NCBI GenBank assembly: GCA_032718475.1
Contig: JAUCBJ010004977.1
Coordinates: forward strand, 1-32,041
Direction: 5' to 3'
Length of the DNA stretch: 32,041 nucleotides
From: Nemertoderma westbladi
Lineage: Eukaryota; Animalia; Xenacoelomorpha
Position 1 is the first letter of the stretch, and the number at the start of each line of letters is the position of its first letter. Under the pieces are notes generated by a model. The model saw only the letters and a list, made by a program, of their open reading frames with translations. It was not told the origin of the DNA and ran no database searches. Below are positions 11,156 to 20,859 of this stretch, piece by piece. The position numbers were made by a program, and so were the translations under genes.

Positions 11156-11675
11156 ATTTGCGTTTTACGCTACTGTTATAGGGACATCACGCTACTATAT
11201 GTATTATTATATATGGTATGAGAGCAATATCGCACGAAGCAATGTCAGTGTGAAGAGGCAAGTCGTTTCCAAGGTCTACCCAGAGCTTGGTTTAGCCGAG
11301 ACACGAGGATCTGAACTTTGCATTTCTAATACTCTGCCTACCAATAATACTTGAATATAGTAGTGGCTTTATTGTACTTTAATAAGTACGGACATTTCAT
11401 CTTACTGTAGTCACGTATTTATAATATGATACGGACAGTAAGGAAAGAGAAAAATAATTATTTCTCGCCGTCGCACTAAATATATATTATAAGTAATTAC
11501 GTACGTAATAAACACTAATATATTGCACTAATTCTACTAAATAATCACTAAAATAACATTCTACTAAATAAAATTAAAGAAAACGATTATAATAAAATTA
11601 CACAATAATACATACATAAACATAAAATAAAAACAAATATAAAATGATATAGTCACACGCCCACTCCATATGTTA

Positions 11676-14399
11676 TTACGTTATGGAGTCCTTAGATATT
11701 TGTCGGATTAGGGAAGTGGTCGTAGGAAGAGTATCTTGCCTTCCATAGTTTCCGGACAGTTTTCGGTCTCTTTCCAGTAAACATAAACGACCAGCTGGGC
11801 GATTGAGTTGTTGTGTTACTTTCTCCGCTCCCTTGGCCTGTCTAATCTCCGCCGTGGTAAGATGAGGAGGCCATTCTTCTTCTTCTTTACTTAAGAAGTC
11901 GGATCCACCTAACCAGCCTGGAGTATCTATCAGTTCTTGAGGAGTTGCTCCTCTGGAAGCGATGTCGGCTGGATTAATCGTCCCAAGGCAATGTCTCCAT
12001 TGATCTACATTGGAGTTAATATCGTCATTATCTGAGGAGTATGGTGTTCCCTCAGTTGGATCGTCCACATCACTGCTCTCCACTTCCCATTCCTTTACTT
12101 GGTATACCTGTTGTTGAGGTAATCTCTCTTTGAGAGTTCTACGGGAAGGGCCAGTGAAGTACCAACCTACTCTAGTTCTTACCGCATAGGTTTGTAGTGG
12201 CTGCGGTTGAGCAGGCCGTTTCTCCAATGTCTCGAGTGCCTCATGCGCGTTTTGGCCGATGAGTATTTGCACTCCAGGATAATCTGTCTGGAATCGAGGT
12301 ATCTTAAGATGTTGGATGCTCTCATCCTCGTCCCAATTATAAAGGTCTGCTTGGGTAGTAGCGAAGTTCTTTATAGCCACCATTTTTACTGACCTTATAC
12401 TTTGTGCTCCTAATTTATCCTGGGGGGTGGACAACGCACCTACATAGTAATCTGCCGTTATGGTAGATTTCCAAACCTGCATAATTCCGGACATATTCAA
12501 CTTAGTTTGGAATTTGGGTTGTCCAGCAAAGATGTCTTCGGCTAGTTCTTGATCGATGAATGTTCCTGTGCTGCCGGAGTCAAGGAGGGCGTTCACTATG
12601 TAACTTTTGGTAGGACCGTGAACTCTTACCTGCACTACAGGAAATTCTCTGATTCCTACGTTGGAAGTTGGAGGTTTCCAAGATGGTTGTCTGTCAAAGG
12701 TAGTTGGGGGGAACTCATTGTCGGTGTCCTTTTCGTAAGTAAGTGCTCGATACACCGCGGTATTGATTAGGTAACAGGATTCGTTGGCGTCGGAGAATTC
12801 GTCAGTATAGAATCCTTCCATCTCAGACTCTTGATCAGTGTCATTTACATCACTGAATTGGACATGTAGTTCGGGCTCACTTACCTGACTCGGGTTGTTT
12901 CGTTCGAATTCACTGTGTAACAAGATGTGATGTTTCGCACCGCACTTTGCACACCTTACGTCGGAGTAACAGGTTCGCCGTTGGTGTCCTTGTCTGAGGC
13001 AATTATAGCATAACCGCTTATCCCACATGACTTCACGTCTGTCTACCAGGGATTTCTTTAGGAATTCAGCACACACACTCAAACGGTGGGGCCCATCGCA
13101 CAGCGCACATTTTGGTTTGATGTTACTCACTTTACCTTGGGTAACGTTATGCACTCTCGTTCTTTCTTCGGGCTTTCTTCCGTGAATTCTCTTAGGAGAC
13201 GTAGGAGGAGTTGTTGTTACCTGTTCTCTCCTGTCACTGGTTCGAGACTTATATTTACTTACGTATTTATAGGTCTTGTTGTCATAGTAAGATTTTGCTG
13301 TGTCTTTCCCGCTGTCCTCTTCTTGAGAAGGTTGGCTTTCGCCGTCGTCAGTATAACACACTGGTATTATCCTTCTCCTAGAAACGGGTTTCTCACTTAA
13401 CTTATTTTCCGATGTTTTCTCTCTGGACTGCTTTATGAGTTGTAATTTTACTTCACTATCTAAGAAGGACATGAGATCAGCCATGGTAGGGCTTCGTCGT
13501 TGCTGCTCATTCATATACAACACTTTCTTGTCCCAGCGTGTACATACTCCACCCTTTGGTAAAGTAGAGACTACGGCTCCAATAACCATGGAACTCTGAT
13601 ATTCATGAGACTTACCTAACCAGTCCAATTGTCTACAGATCTCCTGAATCTCATCGGAAAACTCTATAATCCCGCTACTAAGGAAGTTTCGGGGGGCTAC
13701 TAATTTTGCATACAAATACTTAGCTATGTTATCCTTGTTACCATACCTGATGTTTAATGTATCCCAAACTTGTCTTAATCCTTCTGGATGTCCAATAAAC
13801 TTTAACGCCATTAACTTGGGAGGTCCTTCCAAGCACTTGATGAGGAATCTAAGTTTCTCTCCGTTAGATAGTACAGAGTTCTGTATGCTATCTTTGTAAT
13901 ATTCATTAAAAGGTAACCATTTCATCTCATCTCCATTGAATTTGACGATTTCTCCCACTTTGACCGCTTGGCGGGCTTCTGTTTTAGCCATCTGACGCGT
14001 AAAGCTTTCTTGGGCCATCGTGTTATTTAATATCGAATTATTGGTATATAAATTTCCCGGATTATTATCAGGTCTATAGGGAATATCATTAACAACAGGT
14101 TTATAATCACCCTTAATAGGGTTTGCTATAGGAGTTTCTACTTCACTAGCAGTATAGATGCGTGTAGGCTCCACACCTTGCGCATGTAATACTTCAGACC
14201 TAACAGGTTGACACAATGTTACAGGAGGTATTGGTATACCCTTTTGTATATTGACTAATTTGTCGCGTTCCAGCGCGATACTTTGCTGCACTTCTTGCAA
14301 TTCTACCCTACTTTCCCTTACTGTTCCCTTGAGTTGGTGGACAGTCTCCTCATCTGTCCGAGCAAGAGATTCATCCCCCGCCGTCCCTCCTCTACCCAC
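11676..14399 (-). CDS. BEL/Pao Gag-protease polyprotein with residual RNase H and integrase C-terminal tails
   Basis: DUF1759-like KFNGDEMKW..F...EKLRFLIKCLEG; knuckles CALCDGPH....C, CYNCLRQGH....C, CAKCGAKHH.LLH; protease ALLDSGSTGTFI...ILIG...RTRVGW; then QWRHCLGTINPADIASRG...WLGGSDFL...WP; then AEIRQAKG...LNRPAGRLCLLE. No YVDD-type RT motif and no DDE integrase core. Confidence 0.9.
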   Translation of the reverse strand: MGRGGTAGDESLARTDEETVHQLKGTVRESRVELQEVQQSIALERDKLVNIQKGIPIPPVTLCQPVRSEVLHAQGVEPTRIYTASEVETPIANPIKGDYKPVVNDIPYRPDNNPGNLYTNNSILNNTMAQESFTRQMAKTEARQAVKVGEIVKFNGDEMKWLPFNEYYKDSIQNSVLSNGEKLRFLIKCLEGPPKLMALKFIGHPEGLRQVWDTLNIRYGNKDNIAKYLYAKLVAPRNFLSSGIIEFSDEIQEICRQLDWLGKSHEYQSSMVIGAVVSTLPKGGVCTRWDKKVLYMNEQQRRSPTMADLMSFLDSEVKLQLIKQSREKTSENKLSEKPVSRRRIIPVCYTDDGESQPSQEEDSGKDTAKSYYDNKTYKYVSKYKSRTSDRREQVTTTPPTSPKRIHGRKPEERTRVHNVTQGKVSNIKPKCALCDGPHRLSVCAEFLKKSLVDRREVMWDKRLCYNCLRQGHQRRTCYSDVRCAKCGAKHHILLHSEFERNNPSQVSEPELHVQFSDVNDTDQESEMEGFYTDEFSDANESCYLINTAVYRALTYEKDTDNEFPPTTFDRQPSWKPPTSNVGIREFPVVQVRVHGPTKSYIVNALLDSGSTGTFIDQELAEDIFAGQPKFQTKLNMSGIMQVWKSTITADYYVGALSTPQDKLGAQSIRSVKMVAIKNFATTQADLYNWDEDESIQHLKIPRFQTDYPGVQILIGQNAHEALETLEKRPAQPQPLQTYAVRTRVGWYFTGPSRRTLKERLPQQQVYQVKEWEVESSDVDDPTEGTPYSSDNDDINSNVDQWRHCLGTINPADIASRGATPQELIDTPGWLGGSDFLSKEEEEWPPHLTTAEIRQAKGAEKVTQQLNRPAGRLCLLERDRKLSGNYGRQDTLPTTTSLIRQISKDSIT

Positions 14400-16288
14400 T
14401 CGACCGCCGAAGCGGGAGTCGCCAACATTGTAGCGGGCCGACGCGGGATGACGGGAGACAAATCTTCGATTTCTCTCTCAGTGTCCAGGACAGGGATATT
14501 CGTATGGACTGTTCTACCGGGTACAGGCAGTGTAGTACTGTGTAGAGGGAATTTAGAGTTAAGCTCTGGAAGTACAGGGGTCTCTAGCACAGAAGTGGCT
14601 TTTGGAACGACAGGCCTAATTATTTCAGGCTCATCAACTATAGTAGGGAGTCTTTTGACCTTAATAATTTGGTCTGTAGGTTCTATACTACTTAAGTCTG
14701 TGCTAGCTAGTTGTCTTCTAACAGCTGGGGGCAAATCAGGCAATTTGTGACGGTGAGATGTTTTTCTACGCCTGCTTAGACGAGATCTATTTCCTCCGCC
14801 TTCAGGATCGGTGGTCTCGCCTTCCTCCGATGATGTGTACCCCTGGCGTTTGGGAGTAGATCGACTCATCATCTGCATTTGACTAGCAGTTAACTGTTTA
14901 TTTATTTTGTCTTGTGTCTCTTGCAGATTTTCCAACTCCAGTTGGGTAGTCTCCTCAGAGGCTCTCCGTTCTGCTTCTGCCACTGCCCTTGCTGCTTTTC
15001 TTTCTGCTTCTGCTTCTGCCGCCGCTGCCTTTCTTTCTGCTTCTGCTTCTGCCACCGCTGCCTTTCTTTCTGCTTCCACTTCGGCCATTGCCGCTGTTAC
15101 TGCAGCTGCCTTTCGGTCCTCTATCCGTTTTTTCTTTACTTCTTCTTCCTGGACTCTAGCGAGGCGAAGTTTTTCATCAAATTTAGCTTGGTTTGCAGCT
15201 AACATTTCAGCATCGATTGAGTCCAACACAAGCTTGGTTCCTTCACTATTAGGGGAAAGTCCAGACAGCCGTCTCCTCAACTCTTCGTCTCCTAGGAATC
15301 GCTGATAGTCGGACAGATAAATGTCGATGGCGTCTCTCGTTCGTGGTCTCTCTGCGGTCACTTCGCTTTCCTCTTGAGAAAGGGTGGCATCGGTTGGTTC
15401 TTCATAGGTTGGTCTCTCAGCCAGCTGGGATTTCCACTGGGCCGTTTCTTGTACTTTGAGACCAACCCGCTGGAACCAAGTTTTGACAGCAACCTGCAGC
15501 GACATGTCCTGTCTTCTTTTGGAAGTTTCCTCAAAGGCTGATAGGATTAGTCTAATGCGTAGGGTTCTTTCGCATACTTGATATAGCAGCTCTTCCTGCT
15601 CTTGAGGTCTTTGGGGTTGTCGAAACAGTTGTTCTTCCAATCGCTCTAAGGAGCCGAAGAATCCCTGCACATATCCTGCTGCCGACCTCTTCCAAACAGC
15701 TGGATCCATTGTATCTTTAGTCACTCCCATCCTGTGTATATCTTCCCAAGTAGCTTCGGACAAATCTAACGGGAGTCCGGGTCCGGGAAAGTTCCATTGT
15801 GACTCGACAATAGACATCAATTCTTCCCTGGCGTATCCCGCATAACTATCTTGGGTCGCTCGCTTACTTCTCGCCCAATCGGCTTGATGTTCCTCCACCG
15901 CAATCAATATAGTAGTTAGCACTGCGGCAGGAAGGGTGAGAAGGGGATCCGAGTAGGCTGTAGCCGCCATCCGCACTCCGCGTTCGGGGGTCAGCTCTAC
16001 AGTATCCGAACTACTGGAGCTATCGGATCGCTGGGAACAAGTTTCTTGACTAGGATGTTGCTGCTGTTGGACAGCTGCTTCCTGGTTCCGTTTGACTTGG
16101 GCCCGAGTGCCGATGAAAGACCTACGGTGTTGGATTAGCTTAGGGTCTGATACTACTACTGGAGGGATGACCTTTCTTTCAGTAGGAGGTGAGCTGAACT
16201 CCTTTCTTAATCGCTCCACACTCCTATCTGTGTCACAGATGGTTGTATCGATTAGACTGTCTGACAGGTTTTGCTGGGTGTCAGACAT
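14318..16288 (-). CDS. ORF1, 656 aa, helical/coiled-coil; probable N-terminal Gag region
   Basis: Long intact ATG-initiated ORF on the element sense strand with AEAEAERKAAA repeats. Overlaps ORF2, which lies in the -1 frame. Confidence 0.75.
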   Translation of the reverse strand: MSDTQQNLSDSLIDTTICDTDRSVERLRKEFSSPPTERKVIPPVVVSDPKLIQHRRSFIGTRAQVKRNQEAAVQQQQHPSQETCSQRSDSSSSSDTVELTPERGVRMAATAYSDPLLTLPAAVLTTILIAVEEHQADWARSKRATQDSYAGYAREELMSIVESQWNFPGPGLPLDLSEATWEDIHRMGVTKDTMDPAVWKRSAAGYVQGFFGSLERLEEQLFRQPQRPQEQEELLYQVCERTLRIRLILSAFEETSKRRQDMSLQVAVKTWFQRVGLKVQETAQWKSQLAERPTYEEPTDATLSQEESEVTAERPRTRDAIDIYLSDYQRFLGDEELRRRLSGLSPNSEGTKLVLDSIDAEMLAANQAKFDEKLRLARVQEEEVKKKRIEDRKAAAVTAAMAEVEAERKAAVAEAEAERKAAAAEAEAERKAARAVAEAERRASEETTQLELENLQETQDKINKQLTASQMQMMSRSTPKRQGYTSSEEGETTDPEGGGNRSRLSRRRKTSHRHKLPDLPPAVRRQLASTDLSSIEPTDQIIKVKRLPTIVDEPEIIRPVVPKATSVLETPVLPELNSKFPLHSTTLPVPGRTVHTNIPVLDTEREIEDLSPVIPRRPATMLATPASAVEWVEEGRRGMNLLLGQMRRLSTNSREQ

Positions 16289-16389
16289 GTTTAGCTTTAC
16301 GGTTGAATGCCTACTGCTATAGTTACAGTTAAAGCAAGTCTAGTAATTCAGTATGACCGTTGGTCTAGTACCGTTAATTTATTACAGTG

Positions 16390-16645
16390 TATTAGAATAC
16401 CGGTATACACCTATAATATATATAAGTATTATAAACTAGTTTTGTCACAGAGTACCGGTATATAATTTTAGCACAAATATATATAAATATATAATAGGCC
16501 TATCGTGAATACCGGTATACAGCTTACACTTATAGTATATATAATTATAATTATGAACTAGAATTAATTACAGAATACCGGTATGATTTCAGCCCAAATT
16601 TATAGAAATAAATATAATAAGCCTATGGTAAATACCGGTATGTCA
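16390..16645. repeat. Degenerate repeats built on (G)AATACCGGTAT in the 5' leader
   Basis: Five TACCGGTA-centred units spaced ~55-65 bp apart, with a ~110-120-bp higher-order period. Confidence 0.6.
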
Positions 16646-17653
16646 ATTATTTTAGAATAATTGAATTTCTGAATATTTTAGGGTTACTTGGTTACTTTAA
16701 CTTACTTTATTACCGTTATTTAAGCAGTAGTCCAACTGATATTGAGACCTAGTTGTTGTATGGCAGGCCTACTATTTATAAATCGTTTGAGTTGATTTAT
16801 AATATATATATACCCGTTTAAAATGGGTTTTGTCAATATTTGAAATAAATGTTATTATTTCTGGGGGAAGTCACTACACAGAAGCTGTGCGCTCTCAGTG
16901 AAGTGCTACTTATGGGACACTAAAACAGATAATTCTAATTTACCTAAGTTACTTAATACTACAAATTACTTACGATACGGGTGAGATTAAATCTCTAATT
17001 AAACACAACAAAATATTACGTACGAAATTTTTAGGGTAATTTTACAAGAAGTCTACAAACCAGTCTAACAAAGGGTTAGATTTCTGGTTATTACAACGGA
17101 CAGGGTACTACGGTATTTGAAATAATAAGTAGTAGTAAATATATTGCACTGTCCAGATAGGAAAATACCACCGCCTGACAACCTATAGCCGTATCGCTAT
17201 AGGTACTACCTTATGTATCACGGAGTGTTCCTACCTGGAAGTTAATTACCGCGGACTACCAGATCCAACGTGCCTATTAACCACTTTACAACACAATACA
17301 CTGCCTACACACTAATTACTTCCGGAAAGCACTGTACACTAAACCCTAAATTAGGTACAAATACTGGTACAACAATAATCAGTAGTTAAATATACTTGAA
17401 CAGTTAAAAGAACCACGGCATCTGCTGGAGTGACCGAAGCACAAAGTCACCAGTCTTTTCCTACGCCAAGCAGCCCGTGTAGTACCGGGGTTAATTTAAC
17501 TATAACGGTATGTGTAACAAGCACAATTACTGTAGGAATAAACTTGGGGACATGAATGTTGCGAATAATCGCATAAACTCTGAATAATAAATATTACGCT
17601 ACCCGTACAGAATACTCAAACAAAATACAAACCAAACGCTGGCAGATTACCAC

Positions 17654-18150
17654 CAAGCCTAAATAAACTACAGTATGTGCAGATTCCGAAATGGTTAGTT
17701 AGTATGCGTTCTAACACAGTAGTACGACTTATTCTTTAAGAGGGGATTGACCTTACAGCTATGGCTGCCCCAACTTACTAACTGGCACTTTATCAGACAA
17801 ACTCTACACACGCAGCAATCTCTTCAGACCTAATAATAGCTAGACAACAATCCAGCCTACAAAATATCTGAGTAATAACTATTACGGTACCTGAACAGAC
17901 CACACAAACAAACACAGGCCAAAACGTTGGCAGAATACTGTCAAGCCTAAATAAACTACAGTATGTGCAGATTCCAAAATGGTTAGTTAGTATGCGTTCT
18001 AACACGGTAGTACGACTTATTCTTTAAGAGGGGATTGACCTTACAGCTATGGCTGCCCCAACTTACTAACTGGCACTTTATCAGACAAACTCCACACACG
18101 CCGTAATCTCTCCAAACCCAACAACAATCCGACAACAGTCCGGCCTACAA
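17654..18150. repeat. Tandem duplication (288-bp period) in the 5' leader
   Basis: CAAGCCTAAATAAACTACAGTATGTGCAGATTCC...GGCACTTTTATCAGACAAACTC is nearly identical at 17654 and 17942. Confidence 0.9.
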
Positions 18151-18332
18151 TTATCTGAACAATCTGAGCAGACTTACACGTCTTCAGCTCAATATTAACT
18201 TACATGTAAATAAAACCGACAGAAATAAGTAAAATCTCAATAAAAAACCAGGGCGGCCGTCCCTGATTAAATACTAAGACCTACCGGTATACAACAATCA
18301 AAATCGAACAATACTAATGTACTTATACTGGA

Positions 18333-18498
18333 AGTACCGGTTAGGACAGTTGGGCCTACAGACCTACAGCAGTACCGGTTCAGGCAGTTAAGCCTACCGA
18401 CCTACAGCAGTACCGATTCTGGCAGTTGGGCCTACGGACCTACAGCAGTACCGATTCTGGCAGTTGGGCCTACGGACCTACAGCAGTACCAGTTCAGG
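18333..18498. repeat. ~38-bp minisatellite next to the 5' LTR
   Basis: About four copies of CAGCAGTACCGATTCTGGCAGTTGGGCCTACGGACCTA. Confidence 0.9.
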
Positions 18499-18549
18499 TT
18501 TACCGGTCGACCGGTACTTTCAACTTTATTGCTTACTGCAATAAAGACA

Positions 18550-18560
18550 ATAACTGTTAT
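18550..18560 (-). promoter_or_regulatory. Candidate non-tRNA primer-binding site ATAACAGTTAT
   Basis: Occupies the PBS position, lacks TGG, and is the exact reverse complement of the LTR sense sequence ATAACTGTTAT at 19305-19295. Confidence 0.4.
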
Positions 18561-19731
18561 TGTATGCGCTTTTGAAGACCTTTAGCAGTTCAACCTGCCA
18601 AAATTTATATGTCTTTTGGTTTATAAATAGACTTTAGAAATTGACAAATATTTAATACCAATAAACACAACATTAGCAGAAGCCAGCCTAGTGCGCGTCC
18701 ATTCACCCGCTGGATATACCCGGGAGACTGGATTCTGAGGGCTTAGATTATTATTGCAGTGTAAGCTTACTGTATTATTCGATTGATCGTTAATAAATAA
18801 TTTCTGACCAATATTATTCACTTTCGGGAAATATTAACAGTTCCTTTAGGACGTGGCGCTCTATCTAGGTAAACAGAGATATGACTTGTACTAAACACAA
18901 CGGTAAGTTGGTAAGGCTTATGATTCACGTATGAGGCGCATTCTTTAGGAAATGCTTAGTTATCAGCCACAATCATGCACACTACCGGTAACACACAATA
19001 CTGCTCACTAATTTGCCGACCGTCAATGAATTTTATCATATATAAAGAGAACAGCAACTGACTCATGTAGTGCTTATCAAATAGCATTAAATTCACTACA
19101 AACCACAATAATATAAGTCGCAATCGCTATATGTAACCCGTCTCTCTAACCTGTAGTGTATCAAGAAAATTGGGAAATTTGGGTTCTTTATAGATGTTCT
19201 CCAAATAATATTCAACCAACTGATACAAAATATGACAACAGTAAATAGCAGTATAATAATGTATGTTGAACCGATAATGTGAGACTGAACTGAGATAACA
19301 GTTATACGCTCTATAATTTAAGCCTACTAATGTTTCTTCTAAAGTCTGAAACGAACTGACTCTAGAGCCGGTGTTCCTGGCCTAGATAGAAACAACACAA
19401 CAGTATCACAAAAACAGTAAGACAGAACACTCCTAGCACGATCTGCCAAATATCTCCACATCGACAGAAAAAATCGCTCTGATTGGCTGTTAAGCTAAAC
19501 AAAGAACCATGTGTCCAATGGCCGTTTCCATGTCAGCAACCAGCTGTTAGATGTCGTAATCTGAATCATCAAGGCTAAGCTGTGCCAGGGTATTTGACGC
19601 ATTGCGGGTTTTTTGCCTTACCATGTCCGCCAAAGCACACATATAGAAGAATGACTTTTATGTCCGTTAAAACACCTATAACGGTACCTTGCGGGCGAGG
19701 GGGACTGATTATATCCGCAAAAGCTTTTACA
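18561..19731 (-). repeat. 5' LTR
   Basis: Direct repeat of 7351-8521; lies upstream of gag on the minus strand. Confidence 0.95.
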
Positions 19732-19905
19732 GTTTGTGTTTTGAAGTTGTATTCGAGTGGACAGTCGTGCCGGTTTCGAGGTACCGTAACCATACCGACC
19801 TGTGATAAGCGTTGGTTTTGTTGAGTGCCGGTATTTATCTTCTCTCACCTCTTCAATGTCAGATGTTGCAAATACTGATAACACGAATAACGGTATATAT
19901 TTCAA
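19732..19905 (-). pseudogene. 5' half of the reading frame split by the LTR element (includes right TSD GTTTG, 19732-19736)
   Basis: ...SDIEEVREDKYRHSTKPTLITGRYGYGTSKPARLSTRIQLQNTN joins 7345-7107 without a stop once the element and one TSD are removed. Confidence 0.55.
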
Positions 19906-20484
19906 TACTTGTCAATAGTAATATATATAATTTAGATAACTATTTTATATCTGTACTGTTGATCAAACTCTACATAAATTCCAACCTGTGTATCGCCGGT
20001 AGTGCTGTTGCTGTGCAAGTCTGCAAGTGCTGAAGTGCTGGTTGCCACCGGTCAGCCGGTACCGGTAGTAGGGTGGTACCTACGGTGCGCACTACAACGG
20101 CAGTACAGCAATACGGTGTACCGTGCCAATAACTGAATGATTAGCGGTAACTATCTAAACTATTATATTATGTACTGGGCTAATTACTGAATTAGGCCTA
20201 AACTATAATCACCGCAAGGGTTGCCGGTTGCTTTAATTAGATTACATGATATGGCATGTCTGCAGCAGTGTATGGTACCGGCTGACCAGTATTGCAGTAT
20301 TGACTGGGTGCTCGAATCAGGGATTGGGTACAGCCTGACAGTACCGGTACACATGGTACATGCAGACTGCCCCAATGTATTGCAAAATTTGTCCAGAAAC
20401 CCAGCAGATTTATCCTACAGTAATAATAATTTAACGCATTTTAAATTTGGATAAATAAATTTATTATAACTGCAATAACAGTTA

Positions 20485-20705
20485 CACTGATGCTGCACGA
20501 AGGCCCCACGCAAATTCTACTTGGAAAATTTTCAAACTTTTGCCAAACTACATGTGTACCAAGTTTGGATAGATTTCATCAAGGATTGGCCGAGTTATTA
20601 ACGTTTAAAATAAAATACTGAAAAAAAACGCGACAGAACGACAGAACGACAGGTTGATTAATGGTACCCCTACGCTAAGGCTCACTCACTTCGTGGCTCG
20701 CCCCA
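20485..20705 (+). mobile_element. Short Helitron/Helentron-like (HINE-type) non-autonomous repeat
   Basis: Starts with GCTGCACGAAGGCCCCACG (shared with the 4478/7094 arms), has core ATGTGTACCAAGTTTGG..ATTTCATC (diverged copy at ~4069-4125), a (CGACAGAA)n tract and a terminal GGCTCACTCACTTCGTGGCTCGCC. Class inferred from architecture only. Confidence 0.4.
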
Positions 20706-20859
20706 CAGTATTATCCTGTTTTGAACAACTCCATTGATAAACGTACAGTATACTGTATTACTCTTTTATTCCTTTGCACCCAACTACATACAGTACGTCA
20801 TCAAATTACACGTAAATAATAATTAATAAATTATTACTATTCCGCACCTACAGTACATA

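Larger units (their letters stand above)
7351..19731 (-). mobile_element. BEL/Pao LTR retrotransposon, non-autonomous (RT and integrase deleted), with accessory ORF
   Basis: Two 1171-bp LTRs (TGTA...TACA), 5-bp TSD, BEL-type Gag with three Cys/His knuckles, LLDSGS protease and NPAD.ASRG RNase H tail. Confidence 0.95.

Noticed and set aside
12207-16322. Plus-strand ORFs such as 14912-15202 (Cys/Phe-rich) and 14907-15305
   Set aside because: Antisense shadows of Gag/ORF1 and its AEAERK repeats.
18333-18498. 38-bp repeats as CRISPR
   Set aside because: Head-to-tail tandem units without unique spacers.
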